DNA of 32,000 bases from Promethearchaeum syntrophicum. Its GTDB lineage: Archaea > Asgardarchaeota > Lokiarchaeia > Sigyniarchaeales > Promethearchaeaceae. The notes under the pieces were generated by a model. The model searched no databases and was not told where the DNA came from. It saw nothing but the letters and a program-made list of their open reading frames with translations. Shown here in pieces: positions 9,493 through 18,406 of this stretch. How positions within the stretch are numbered: position 1 is the stretch's first letter; each line of letters starts with the position of its first letter. The DNA is taken from contig NZ_CP042905.2 of the NCBI RefSeq assembly GCF_008000775.2, positions 210,001 through 242,000 on the forward strand, given 5' to 3'. The position numbers and the translations under genes are program-made.

Positions 9493-9660
9493 GCATTCTC
9501 TTCTTTTAAAAGTTATCGATTTAATTCAATCTTAAAAATTTGTAGAGTTTAAAGTTCATTCAAGAAGAAAATTCAATTTAGGGATTTTATTATTTTTTCA
9601 GAACCAAAAATCTTTACGAAATTGAAAATTGCAATTAAGATCCTGTATGTATATAAAACG
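9492..9660 (+). repeat. Copy 1 of a duplicated intergenic/promoter-region sequence
   Basis: Shares ordered blocks with 10850-11022: GCAT(t/c)..CTTCTTTTAAAA, AAAAATTTGTAGAGwTTAAAG, TTCAA, AAGAAAATT, TTTTCAGAAC, GAAAAwTGCAATTA, TATATAyA. Confidence 0.65.
9650..9658 (+). promoter_or_regulatory. TATA-box-like element upstream of the 9707 gene
   Basis: TATATAAAA about 50 nt upstream of ATG 9707. Confidence 0.45.
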
Positions 9661-9706
9661 TATAGTTATGCAAATTAATGAATCTTTTTTTAACTAAGAT
9701 AAGATA

Positions 9707-10741
9707 ATGGGTAATTATAATAGGTTCAAGGGTAATTATATTTTGAAAAAAGTAAATAAACGCTTCCTAATCTATATTTTTATATTCACAATATTTATAG
9801 TAGGTATAATATTTGGAAATATCTTTTTAGATCCTGAAGATAATTCAAATAGTTATAATGAAGTTTTTCCAGATTTTATAACAAAAAACGAAGATTATTT
9901 TATTACTAGGATAGGAAATGCTCCAATTATTAATTCAGATACTTACAGTCTCAATGTCTGGGGTCAAATCGATAATCCGAAAAACTTTAGCCTTATGGAA
10001 TTACAAGAATTAAATTTAATTGAACAAACGTTAACAACTGAAACTATTGGTAATCCTACAAATGGACAACTTGTATCCACTGCTGTATGGAAAGGTTTTC
10101 TTATATATGATTTTATAGTTTCATTAGGTTTAAAGGAAAATGTAACTGGTATAAAATATGTAGCTGAAGACGGATATTATGTCTCGCATACACTTTCACA
10201 ACTTTTGGATAACGGAATAATTGGAGCTCTTTATATGAATGATGAAAGTTTACCTGTCGAACAAGGGTTCCCTCTTCGAATAGTAAGTCCTGGAGCATAT
10301 GGAGCAAAACAACCAGCATGGGTTATAAGTATAGAAGTCATCGATAGACCTCTCGAAGATTATTGGGACGATAGAGGATGGGATACCTCTCCTCCTATGG
10401 ATGTTGATTCCACATTATTTTTTCCAAGGAATAGTGTTAATATTAAAGTTGGTGAACCACTTAAAATAGGTGGTGCTGCTTATGGAGGGACCAAGATATC
10501 TATGATCGAGTATACAATAGATTTAGGTTTGAATTGGAGGCAAGGTAATATAATTCAATCAATTGATGTTGATCATGTGTGGGTTTTTTGGGAGATAAAT
10601 GTTACGTTTGATGAAATTGGAACCTTTACTCTTTATACTAAAGCAACTGATATCTATAATAATACTCAACCAATGGACGATCCAGTTTGGCAAGATGGAT
10701 CTAATGGATGGCCCAAATTAACTATTAAAGTTATTAGTTAG
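9707..10741 (+). CDS. Membrane-anchored molybdopterin-dependent oxidoreductase (sulfite oxidase-fold) domain protein, probably lacking the Mo-ligand Cys
   Basis: N-terminal TM segment YIFIFTIFIVGIIFG; WKGFLIYDFIVSLGL, GFPLRIVSPGAYGAKQPAWVISIEVID and YTIDLGLNWRQG...DHVWVFWEINVTF match the oxidoreductase molybdopterin-binding plus dimerisation-domain pattern. Confidence 0.78.
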   Translation: MGNYNRFKGNYILKKVNKRFLIYIFIFTIFIVGIIFGNIFLDPEDNSNSYNEVFPDFITKNEDYFITRIGNAPIINSDTYSLNVWGQIDNPKNFSLMELQELNLIEQTLTTETIGNPTNGQLVSTAVWKGFLIYDFIVSLGLKENVTGIKYVAEDGYYVSHTLSQLLDNGIIGALYMNDESLPVEQGFPLRIVSPGAYGAKQPAWVISIEVIDRPLEDYWDDRGWDTSPPMDVDSTLFFPRNSVNIKVGEPLKIGGAAYGGTKISMIEYTIDLGLNWRQGNIIQSIDVDHVWVFWEINVTFDEIGTFTLYTKATDIYNNTQPMDDPVWQDGSNGWPKLTIKVIS

Positions 10742-10849
10742 ACTATCCTTAAATATTAAATCTGATAAGAAAGTTAGAATGGCTCAATCTTTCTCCAATT
10801 ACGCTTCGATTTTTAATTTTAAACCCCCCTACCCATATTTCTATTTTTC

Positions 10850-11022
10850 TGCATCAACTTCTTTTAAAAAAAAATACCATATTAATTAAAACTCAAAAAT
10901 TTGTAGAGATTAAAGGTGTGTTCAAAAATAGAGATCATATAAGAAAATTTAATCGTAATTTTCAGAACAAAATCCCTTTCCTTAATCGAAAAATGCAATT
11001 AGGTTCATGATTTATATACATA
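10850..11022 (+). repeat. Copy 2 of the duplicated intergenic/promoter-region sequence
   Basis: Ordered similarity to 9492-9660, see copy 1. Confidence 0.65.
11011..11019 (+). promoter_or_regulatory. TATA-box-like element upstream of the GTPase gene
   Basis: TTTATATAC. Confidence 0.4.
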
Positions 11023-11104
11023 AAATATTAAACAAATGTTTGCATAGAAATAATTGAAACTGGAATATTTGTCCATCAAAAATCTATCTTGGAGAAAAAA
11101 AGCA

Positions 11105-11737
11105 ATGGCGATAATTGGATTAATGGGAGCAATGAATGTTGGTAAAACTGCCGTTTTAAAGATGTTTGTTAATTACGTTGAGAATGAGAAAATCGGTAAG
11201 ATCGAGGGTGGCGTGGAGTGCACGATTGAAAAGAAAGATTTTAAAGGAGAAAGTGAAATTGAAGTCAAAGATGGAGAAGGTTTTAGTAAAACAATCACAC
11301 CTAATAAAGTAGTTTTTATTGAGACAAAAACAAGTAAGCAACATACACTTTTTGCACCTGGAGGGGATAGAGATCGCGCAGTAATTAGGATGGGAATTAT
11401 AACAATCTCAAGGATTGCACGACAGATAGTTGGATTATTTGCCCTTGATGAATCACTAAAAGATCAATTTAAGCTGTATGATTTAGTTAGGTATATGCCA
11501 AAAAAAATCCACATATGTTTAAATAAATATGATTTATTGGAAGGAACAGACGAGGAAAAGAAAAAAACTTTAGAAAAAAAGAAAGAAGACATTACAAACT
11601 ACTTTAAAAAGCGTAGAATAATTGTCGAGGGATTTTACTTCACATGTGCTATAGATAAACCAAATTTCCTTGAACAAAATGACAATACAGCGCGTATGAT
11701 ATTAGATCTTGTATTAAACCGGGAACCAAAAGATTAG
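11105..11737 (+). CDS. Small GTPase-like protein (divergent)
   Basis: P-loop GLMGAMNVGKTAVL, G4 motif LNKYD, C-terminal FTCAIDKPN resembling G5; the G3 position reads FAPGGDRD. ATG 11105 is preceded by GGAG; the track start is TTG 11054. Confidence 0.72.
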   Translation: MAIIGLMGAMNVGKTAVLKMFVNYVENEKIGKIEGGVECTIEKKDFKGESEIEVKDGEGFSKTITPNKVVFIETKTSKQHTLFAPGGDRDRAVIRMGIITISRIARQIVGLFALDESLKDQFKLYDLVRYMPKKIHICLNKYDLLEGTDEEKKKTLEKKKEDITNYFKKRRIIVEGFYFTCAIDKPNFLEQNDNTARMILDLVLNREPKD

Positions 11738-11884
11738 GTATAATCAATTTTACCTTTTTTATAATGAGATTTTAATTCTAAATATAATAATTAACTTATT
11801 AATACAATCAGATATTCGATACATTCTCTTAGAATATTCTGATTTTCCAATAAAACCATCGAATTGATTGGATGTTGAATTTTT

Positions 11885-12625
11885 ATGGGAGAAATGCCAA
11901 ATTCTGAATTAAACACGCTTAGAAATCTTAATAATCAAATATATTTTATCGGTACTTTACATGTTGCGATTGATAGCGCTACTCTTGTCCACAAAACTAT
12001 AGAAACACTGAAATTAGACTGTGTTATGATAGAGTTGGATGAAATTCGTTATCAAGATTTGTTACACCCTGAAATGAAGCATAAAGAAGAAGAAACACTG
12101 AAAGATAAAAATAATGAAGAAACTCCTGACCTCCTTTTTAAAGTTTTAAATAAAATTCAACAAGAGATTGGTGAAAGTTTGGGATTAATTCCTGGAATGG
12201 AGATGATTTCTGCAATAAATGCAGTAAGACAGAACAAAATTCCTATTAAATTAATAGATCAACCAATTATGGTAACATTTCAGCGTTTAAATGAATTGAA
12301 AGATTCTGCTCAAAAGGAGCAGACCGATTTTATAAATCTATTAAAAGAAAATCCAATCGATACAAAAGATTCTGAGATTTATGAATTGATTGAACAATTT
12401 AAGAAACCCGGTTTTATAAAGAAATTAATTGTAGAATTTAAAGAAACATATCCAAACTTATATAAAATTCTTATCGACGAACGTAACGAATATATGGTTA
12501 AACAAATTTTAGAATATCTAAAAAATAATCCCTCGCATCGTGTTCTTATTATTGTTGGAGCGGGTCATTTAGAGGAATTGATGAGATTAACAGAAGAAAA
12601 TCTTTCTAAAACCAAAAATATTTAA
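11885..12625 (+). CDS. TraB/PrgY family protein
   Basis: IYFIGTLHVAIDSATLVHKTIETLKLDCVMIELDEIRY, DERNEYM and HRVLIIVGAGHLEELMRL match the TraB domain motifs. Confidence 0.87.
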   Translation: MGEMPNSELNTLRNLNNQIYFIGTLHVAIDSATLVHKTIETLKLDCVMIELDEIRYQDLLHPEMKHKEEETLKDKNNEETPDLLFKVLNKIQQEIGESLGLIPGMEMISAINAVRQNKIPIKLIDQPIMVTFQRLNELKDSAQKEQTDFINLLKENPIDTKDSEIYELIEQFKKPGFIKKLIVEFKETYPNLYKILIDERNEYMVKQILEYLKNNPSHRVLIIVGAGHLEELMRLTEENLSKTKNI

Positions 12626-12658
12626 TATACATTCAAACAATTAGGATTAGGAGAGAAA

Positions 12659-13084
12659 ATGGGGAGATTAACCTATAATATAATTGGTTTAGAAGAATTT
12701 GCTATATCCTTTCAAGATTATTGTGTGAGTTGTGAATGGCAAAGAAGATGTAGATATGGAAAAACTGAGCCTTTTCAAATTCATGTTAGTTGTAAAGAAC
12801 TTACTGCAGCGTTGGATTTTAAAAAAGCAAAAGCAATGGATAAAGTAGGACAAAAAAATCCTGATTGGGATTGGGATCAACGAGAACAAAAAGCAAAAGT
12901 ATCAAAAGTACAAATTTTTTCCAAATTATGGAACGATAAAGTAAAAAAACATAAAGAAGAGTCTTTTTGTTTAGATTCCCGACGACTTGATTCAATGTTG
13001 ACTTCTCAACGGGGAGAAGAATGGTGGAGCGAATTTCGAGAGATAATGTCAATCATAGAAAAAGAATGTTCAAAAATTAGTTAA
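12659..13084 (+). CDS. Hypothetical protein with N-terminal cysteine cluster
   Basis: 141 aa ORF with good RBS (AGGAGAG) before ATG; CVSCEWQRRC...VSC cluster; no family recognised. Confidence 0.7.
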   Translation: MGRLTYNIIGLEEFAISFQDYCVSCEWQRRCRYGKTEPFQIHVSCKELTAALDFKKAKAMDKVGQKNPDWDWDQREQKAKVSKVQIFSKLWNDKVKKHKEESFCLDSRRLDSMLTSQRGEEWWSEFREIMSIIEKECSKIS

Positions 13085-13099
13085 AGTAGGTTAGATAAA

Positions 13100-14398
13100 A
13101 TGTGTGATACAATTGTTGCATTAGGGACTGCCACAAAGGATGGTGACACTCTTTTTGGAAAAAATTCCGATAGAGAACCCGATGAAGTTCAAAATTTAGA
13201 TATATTTGAGCGAAAAAATCATGGTTCAAATGAGAATGTTAAATGTACGTATATAAAAATCCCACAAGTTCAAGAAACCTACCGTACACTATTAAGCAAA
13301 CCCTTTTGGATGTTTGGAGCAGAAATGGGCATCAATGAATATGGAGTAGCTATAGGAAATGAAGCTTTACTAACTAAAATTAAACCTAAAAAATCTGCTT
13401 TAACTGGAATGGATCTCCTAAGATTAGCACTAGAAAGAAGTAAAACAGCAAAACAAGCGCGGGATGTAATTATTCAGCTTTTAGAACAATATGGACAGGG
13501 AGGAAATTGCGGTTATCTACTCAAGGATTATTATCAGAATGGTTTTATTATTGCAGATAAAGATGAAGCATATGTGTTAGAAACTATTGATAAGAATTGG
13601 GCTTGGAAAGAAATCGATAGATTTTGGAGTATTTCTAATAAAATATCTATTGAAAAAGACTATGATTCAGTATCTCCAGGATTAATTCATGAAGCTGTTA
13701 AGAGGGGTTGGGCATCCTCAGAAAGTGATTTTAATTTTTCAAAAGCTTATTCCGATAAAATAATCACTTGGGGGGCTGCTGGAAAAAAACGCGAGCAATC
13801 AAATCGATGTTATCTATCAAATAATCAATCTTCATTAAAGACTTCAGATTTTATGAAAATGCTAAGGAGTCATACTGATAAGACAGATTGGAAACCTCAT
13901 AAGGGATTTAGATTAACTGTTTGTGCACATGCAGCTAATAGTCTCTCGAGATATTCTCAAACAGTAGGCTCATTAATCTCAAAAATTGGAAAAGAGAATG
14001 TATATGCTTATTCAACAGGTTCTTCAAATCCATGTCTTAGTCCTTACTTCCCAATTTTTGCTCCTAATACAAACCTTCCAAAAGGTTATGTGAAAGGGGG
14101 AGAAAAATTAAATACAGACGCTTTTTGGTGGAAAGCAGAGAAGTTTCATAGAAAAGCGATAATGAATTACACAGATTCAAGAGCATTATTAGATCAAAAA
14201 ATGGGTGAATACGAAAAACAAATGCTGGACTATGTTGAAAATCATAATGCACCGTTGAACCAAAAATTAATTGATGAATATTTCTCTAAGGTAGAGAATA
14301 TTTATACGAAATGGGGTAAGGAAATATTATCCCTCCCTAATATGAAAGGAAAATTTTATTATAAGCATTTTTGGGGAAAATTTACCAAAACAAATTGA
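13100..14398 (+). CDS. C69/secernin-like Ntn-hydrolase (dipeptidase or acylase-like)
   Basis: Begins MCDTIVALGTATKDGDTLFGKNSDREPDE, with the Cys2 nucleophile and FGKNSDR motif of the peptidase C69/secernin group; WKPHKGFRLTVCAHA and TGSSNPCLSPYFPIF later. Confidence 0.85.
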   Translation: MCDTIVALGTATKDGDTLFGKNSDREPDEVQNLDIFERKNHGSNENVKCTYIKIPQVQETYRTLLSKPFWMFGAEMGINEYGVAIGNEALLTKIKPKKSALTGMDLLRLALERSKTAKQARDVIIQLLEQYGQGGNCGYLLKDYYQNGFIIADKDEAYVLETIDKNWAWKEIDRFWSISNKISIEKDYDSVSPGLIHEAVKRGWASSESDFNFSKAYSDKIITWGAAGKKREQSNRCYLSNNQSSLKTSDFMKMLRSHTDKTDWKPHKGFRLTVCAHAANSLSRYSQTVGSLISKIGKENVYAYSTGSSNPCLSPYFPIFAPNTNLPKGYVKGGEKLNTDAFWWKAEKFHRKAIMNYTDSRALLDQKMGEYEKQMLDYVENHNAPLNQKLIDEYFSKVENIYTKWGKEILSLPNMKGKFYYKHFWGKFTKTN

Positions 14399-14416
14399 AA
14401 AAAATAAATAAAAAAA

Positions 14417-15763
14417 TTAAATCTGCATTTTTTCAAGAGCTTTATTTCTTTCTTTAGTAAAACTCTTAATTTTTCCTGCATCTCCAGAAATTTCAGCAAG
14501 GTTAACCGATCTACTATAAAGATTGTAGGCTTCTTCATATTTGTGCTCTTTATACAATTTATCTCCTTCTATATTCACTTCTTTGGCTAAATTCAAGCAT
14601 GCTTTCTTATATTCTTCATTATATTTCTTTAAAAGGGTAGTATTATTTGCATTTTTGATAATTTCTACAGATTTTCTATAACTTTGTGCAGCTTTATCAA
14701 AATTTTTTTGTTTCATAGCGACATCCCCCACATTATTGACTTCTTTTGCCCATTTATCAATACTTTTCTCGAATTCAAGTTTAAAATTTTTGATGAGCTT
14801 TTTATTTTTGGATTCTTCTGCTAGTTCTACGGATTTAAAATATAATTCAGCAGCTTCTTCAAATTTCTTTGCTTTGAATAGTTTATCTCCTTGGTCATTT
14901 ATGCTTTGTGAATATTTTTCAAAGGATTTGTCCATTTCTTTTGTAAAATTATCAATCAATTTTTGATTTCCAGCATCTGTTGCAATATTAACACTTTGTG
15001 CGTATAGACTCGATGCTTTTTCAAAATTTTTTTGTTTCATATAATTATCGCCCATAGAATTTATTTTTTGAGCGTGATCTGAAAATGCTTTAAAGAGTTC
15101 TTTTTTAAATTCTTTCTTGAGTTTACTGTTATCAGATCTTTCGATTAGACGAACAGATTCAGTATATCGGTCAATGGCTTCTTCAAATTTCTTTTCTTTG
15201 TATAAAAGATCACCTTCTTTATTAACTTCTTGAGCCCACCTCTCGTATACAGTTAATTTTTTATGAATGAAGGATTTGCTCATTTTTTCGTCAACATCAA
15301 TTTTTACAATATCGCAAATTTCTTCATATTTTTTTCTTGCTTCTTTCCATTCACCTGATTTAACAAATTTTTCTGCTTCATCTTCAATTATTTGGGCATA
15401 GGCAATTTTAGATTTGTTTAGTTCTTTTAGGAATGACTTTCCAAGTTTCTTCATCCATTTTTCACCAGCATTTTGAAGAAAATCCCAAGCACTTTGATAA
15501 ACTTCTATAGCTTCTTGGTATTTTTTTTGTTTAAATAATTCATCTCCCTTTTTATTTAACTCTTCTGACCTTTTTCCAACTGCTTTATCAAGTTCTTGTT
15601 GATATTCATCAACTATCTTCATTTTCCCTACTGTTTTCATAAGATTAACCGATTCTACATATAGTTTGATCGCTTCTGTATAATTTTTTTTTTTATATAA
15701 TCGGTCGGCCATTTTGTTTACATTTTTTGCTTCCTTCTCGATTTCACTTACCATTTTTATCAC
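14417..15763 (-). CDS. TPR-type repeat protein with about 8 units of roughly 54 aa
   Basis: Repeated pattern A(K/Q)xVNxxGDxLYKxKKFEEAxxLYxxSVxLAExxxxxKLxKxFxxExxKxxxxW. Confidence 0.9.
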   Translation of the reverse strand: MIKMVSEIEKEAKNVNKMADRLYKKKNYTEAIKLYVESVNLMKTVGKMKIVDEYQQELDKAVGKRSEELNKKGDELFKQKKYQEAIEVYQSAWDFLQNAGEKWMKKLGKSFLKELNKSKIAYAQIIEDEAEKFVKSGEWKEARKKYEEICDIVKIDVDEKMSKSFIHKKLTVYERWAQEVNKEGDLLYKEKKFEEAIDRYTESVRLIERSDNSKLKKEFKKELFKAFSDHAQKINSMGDNYMKQKNFEKASSLYAQSVNIATDAGNQKLIDNFTKEMDKSFEKYSQSINDQGDKLFKAKKFEEAAELYFKSVELAEESKNKKLIKNFKLEFEKSIDKWAKEVNNVGDVAMKQKNFDKAAQSYRKSVEIIKNANNTTLLKKYNEEYKKACLNLAKEVNIEGDKLYKEHKYEEAYNLYSRSVNLAEISGDAGKIKSFTKERNKALEKMQI

Positions 15764-15814
15764 TCACAAATTAAATTAGATATTAATAAATAAAATATAT
15801 TGGGGGAAAAATAT

Positions 15815-17245
15815 TTGTCCATAAAAAATGATCAAGATATAGAAATTGAAAAAATATTTGAAGGTGAATTAAAGAAATCTTTCTTTGAACGGGCCATATC
15901 TTCATTTTTGAAGAAACAATTTATTTCTGGATTGAAAATTCTTACAAGTCGGCCATATATATTCTTCTTTATTTATTCTGTCATAATTATTTTTGCCTCT
16001 ATAACTTTTGGAATTCTGTATGCTTTAAAGGTGCCATATCCTCTGGTTTTTTTTGAGAAAACATTATTAGTTGCATTATGCTCTGGATTGTCTTTAGTAA
16101 TTGGAGGTTTTCTTGGAGGACTGTCAAATTATCATTATTTCACAAATGTTCTTACAATACTATTATTTGTTTGTTCTTACATTATCGCTGTTTTCTTTGA
16201 TATTTCATTAGATTTTTTCCAATGGATAAAACTACTGTTCTTAATAGCATATGTGCTAATAGGTTCAATGACAATGTTTTTTATAATTGTTTCCTTTCAC
16301 ACATCCCTCTCTTATAGAATAATAACCTTAGGAAATTCTCCAAATCGTATGTTTTTTCAAGAACTCATCCGTTTTGGTGTTTGGATAACAATCCCTATGT
16401 ATATTTACATGTTTTTCCAAAGAAGTTTAGATTCCCAAATTTTATCAATTCTCGGAATAATCATTAATATTCTTTTACTCGTTCAAATGTATGGTGTTCC
16501 AAAAACAAAGAAAGGAGATCGGTTCGAAAATAAAGAAAATAATAAGGTGAAGATTAATTTCAAGCAAATTTTAGGATTTTATAATTTATATCTTATTTTT
16601 CATGCATCTCAATCATTCAATACAGGTGGTAAAATTACAAATTTAATATTAGAAATCTTAATTTTGGCACTTAATGCATTTTATATTATAAATAATTACT
16701 GTAAAAAAATTGAAAATATTGATGATTATGATGAAACAATGAAAAGATTATTTAGATTTCAAAGACCAAGCTCAAATTTAATGAAATTCAAAAAAAGAAT
16801 TGGTGATAAAGGAATGGTATTTATGGCGTTAGGTGTTGTGGTTGGTTATATTACAGTTTTAATGAATTCTTATCTAAATACACCAATGGTTTTACTTGGA
16901 AGTCTTGGAGCTGAAGATGTTCCCCTAAATGTTATTTATCACAGGATGTTTCTATACTTTGCCTTAATTTTGATTGTTCTGATGACTGTACTATTTAAAA
17001 AATCAACAATTTTCAGACTTAAATTAGTAAATAGATATTCCATAAGACATGCAATGAATATGTTTGCAGATATATTTCGAGTGTCTGAAGATGGGCATAC
17101 TGGAATAATATATGATGCTGTTGAAGTTAGTAAACAAAAAATTGAAGAACAAATAAATAAAGTTGGAAAAAAATTTAAGAATGGATGGAATAAATTCTTC
17201 TCTTTAGGTGGTACTGAAGAATCTGATGAAAACGCGAATGATTAA
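15815..17245 (+). CDS. Multipass membrane protein of unknown function
   Basis: Many hydrophobic spans (e.g. IFFFIYSVIIIFASITFGILYAL, VLTILLFVCSYIIAVFF, MVFMALGVVVGYITVLM, LYFALILIVLMTVLF). A GGGGG motif 9 nt before TTG 15815 supports this start over track start 15800. Confidence 0.8.
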   Translation: MSIKNDQDIEIEKIFEGELKKSFFERAISSFLKKQFISGLKILTSRPYIFFFIYSVIIIFASITFGILYALKVPYPLVFFEKTLLVALCSGLSLVIGGFLGGLSNYHYFTNVLTILLFVCSYIIAVFFDISLDFFQWIKLLFLIAYVLIGSMTMFFIIVSFHTSLSYRIITLGNSPNRMFFQELIRFGVWITIPMYIYMFFQRSLDSQILSILGIIINILLLVQMYGVPKTKKGDRFENKENNKVKINFKQILGFYNLYLIFHASQSFNTGGKITNLILEILILALNAFYIINNYCKKIENIDDYDETMKRLFRFQRPSSNLMKFKKRIGDKGMVFMALGVVVGYITVLMNSYLNTPMVLLGSLGAEDVPLNVIYHRMFLYFALILIVLMTVLFKKSTIFRLKLVNRYSIRHAMNMFADIFRVSEDGHTGIIYDAVEVSKQKIEEQINKVGKKFKNGWNKFFSLGGTEESDENAND

Positions 17246-17257
17246 AAAGGTAATATT

Positions 17258-17848
17258 ATGGAATCAAAATTATACTTACTATCTGGAACACCTGGAACTG
17301 GTAAAACAACTGTTGCAAAGAAGCTAAAGGATAATAATTTTTCTATCATATCTTTAGGCGATTTTGTCATTCAAAATAATCTATTTTGTGAAGAAGATAA
17401 AAAAAGGGACACAAAAATAATTGATGAAGAGAAAATTAACAGTTTTTTTTCCAAATACTTGAGTAATAACAAATTTTCAATTCCCATTATAATTGAGTCA
17501 CATTATGCAGATATCATTGACCTTCCTTGTGAGATAGCCATTATTCTTAGATGTCATCCTCAAATATTAGAAAAGCGATTACAATCTCGAAATTATTCTC
17601 CTGAAAAAATACGAGAAAATATACAAGCGGAATTACTAGGTGATTCAACTTCTCATATGCTGGAGAGAGAAGATCTTATTGAAAAAGGGTCAATTTTTGA
17701 AATTAATTCTTCAAATCTAACTATTGAAGAAACTGCAAATAAAATAGCAGAAATTATCCAAAAACCAGAAAATTTTCAAGATTTAAAAGCGGGATGGCTT
17801 TCTTGGCTTTCTGATCCAACAGTTCAAATGGAAAATTATTTGGATTGA
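17258..17848 (+). CDS. Adenylate kinase family protein, AK6/Fap7-like
   Basis: P-loop LLSGTPGTGKTTVAKKL, short NMP region with IIIESHYADIIDLPCEIAIILRCHPQILEKRLQSRNYSPEKIRENIQAE typical of AK6/Fap7. Confidence 0.87.
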   Translation: MESKLYLLSGTPGTGKTTVAKKLKDNNFSIISLGDFVIQNNLFCEEDKKRDTKIIDEEKINSFFSKYLSNNKFSIPIIIESHYADIIDLPCEIAIILRCHPQILEKRLQSRNYSPEKIRENIQAELLGDSTSHMLEREDLIEKGSIFEINSSNLTIEETANKIAEIIQKPENFQDLKAGWLSWLSDPTVQMENYLD

Positions 17849-17881
17849 AGAATTAATAAAAAATGTTTCATTATTTTTAAC

Positions 17882-18406
17882 ATGGCAATTTATTCATATG
17901 GAAAACGAGTCCCAAAAATTGATCCCACGGCTTGGATTTTTCCTTCTGCAGATGTGATTGGAAAGGTTTCTCTTGGTAAAAAAGTATATGTTGGAGCAGG
18001 TGCGGTTATACGCGGAGATTATGGAAAAATAATTATAAAAGATGGTTCTGCAATAGAAGAAAATGTAACAATTCATGCGCGTTTAGGAGGTACAACGTTA
18101 ATTGAAGAAGACGTAACTGTTGGACATGCAGCAATGCTACATAATTGTACAATTAGAAGAGACGCAGTAATAGGTATGAATTCCGTGGTTACTGATGATG
18201 TAGAAATTGGAGAATGTGTTATTGTAGCAGAAGGTGCAGTTGTTAAAAAAGGTTCGATTATCCCTCCAAATTCAATAGTCGCGGGAGTCCCTGCTAAAAT
18301 AATAGGTCAAGTTCCCGAAAAAAATAAAAAATATTGGAAAGTTGTAAAAGAACTTTACCAACAGCTCTGCTCAGATTATAAAACCAAACTAAAAAAAATT
18401 GAATAA
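17882..18406 (+). CDS. Gamma-carbonic anhydrase/hexapeptide-repeat (left-handed beta-helix) protein
   Basis: VIRGDYGKIIIKDGSAIEENVTIHARLGGTTLIEEDVTVGHAAMLHNCTIRRDAVIGMNSVVTDDVEIGECVIVAEGAVVKKGSIIPPNSIVAGVPAKIIG hexapeptide repeats and the H...HxxxxH spacing of gamma-CA-like proteins. Confidence 0.92.
   Translation: MAIYSYGKRVPKIDPTAWIFPSADVIGKVSLGKKVYVGAGAVIRGDYGKIIIKDGSAIEENVTIHARLGGTTLIEEDVTVGHAAMLHNCTIRRDAVIGMNSVVTDDVEIGECVIVAEGAVVKKGSIIPPNSIVAGVPAKIIGQVPEKNKKYWKVVKELYQQLCSDYKTKLKKIE

Noticed and set aside
11831-11845. Short palindrome AGAATATTCT in the intergenic region before the TraB gene
   Set aside because: A 10-bp AT-rich palindrome is easily expected by chance; no second copy or promoter geometry supports it.
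10113-13052. Minus-strand ORFs 10113-10319, 11156-11344, 12689-12889 and 12819-13052
   Set aside because: Antisense to supported or better-initiated plus-strand ORFs; sequences resemble reverse-complement artefacts of AT-rich coding DNA.
14064-14966. ORFs 14064-14252 (-) and 14736-14966 (+)
   Set aside because: Antisense to the C69-like hydrolase and to the TPR protein respectively. The latter reflects the reverse complement of repeated coding units.
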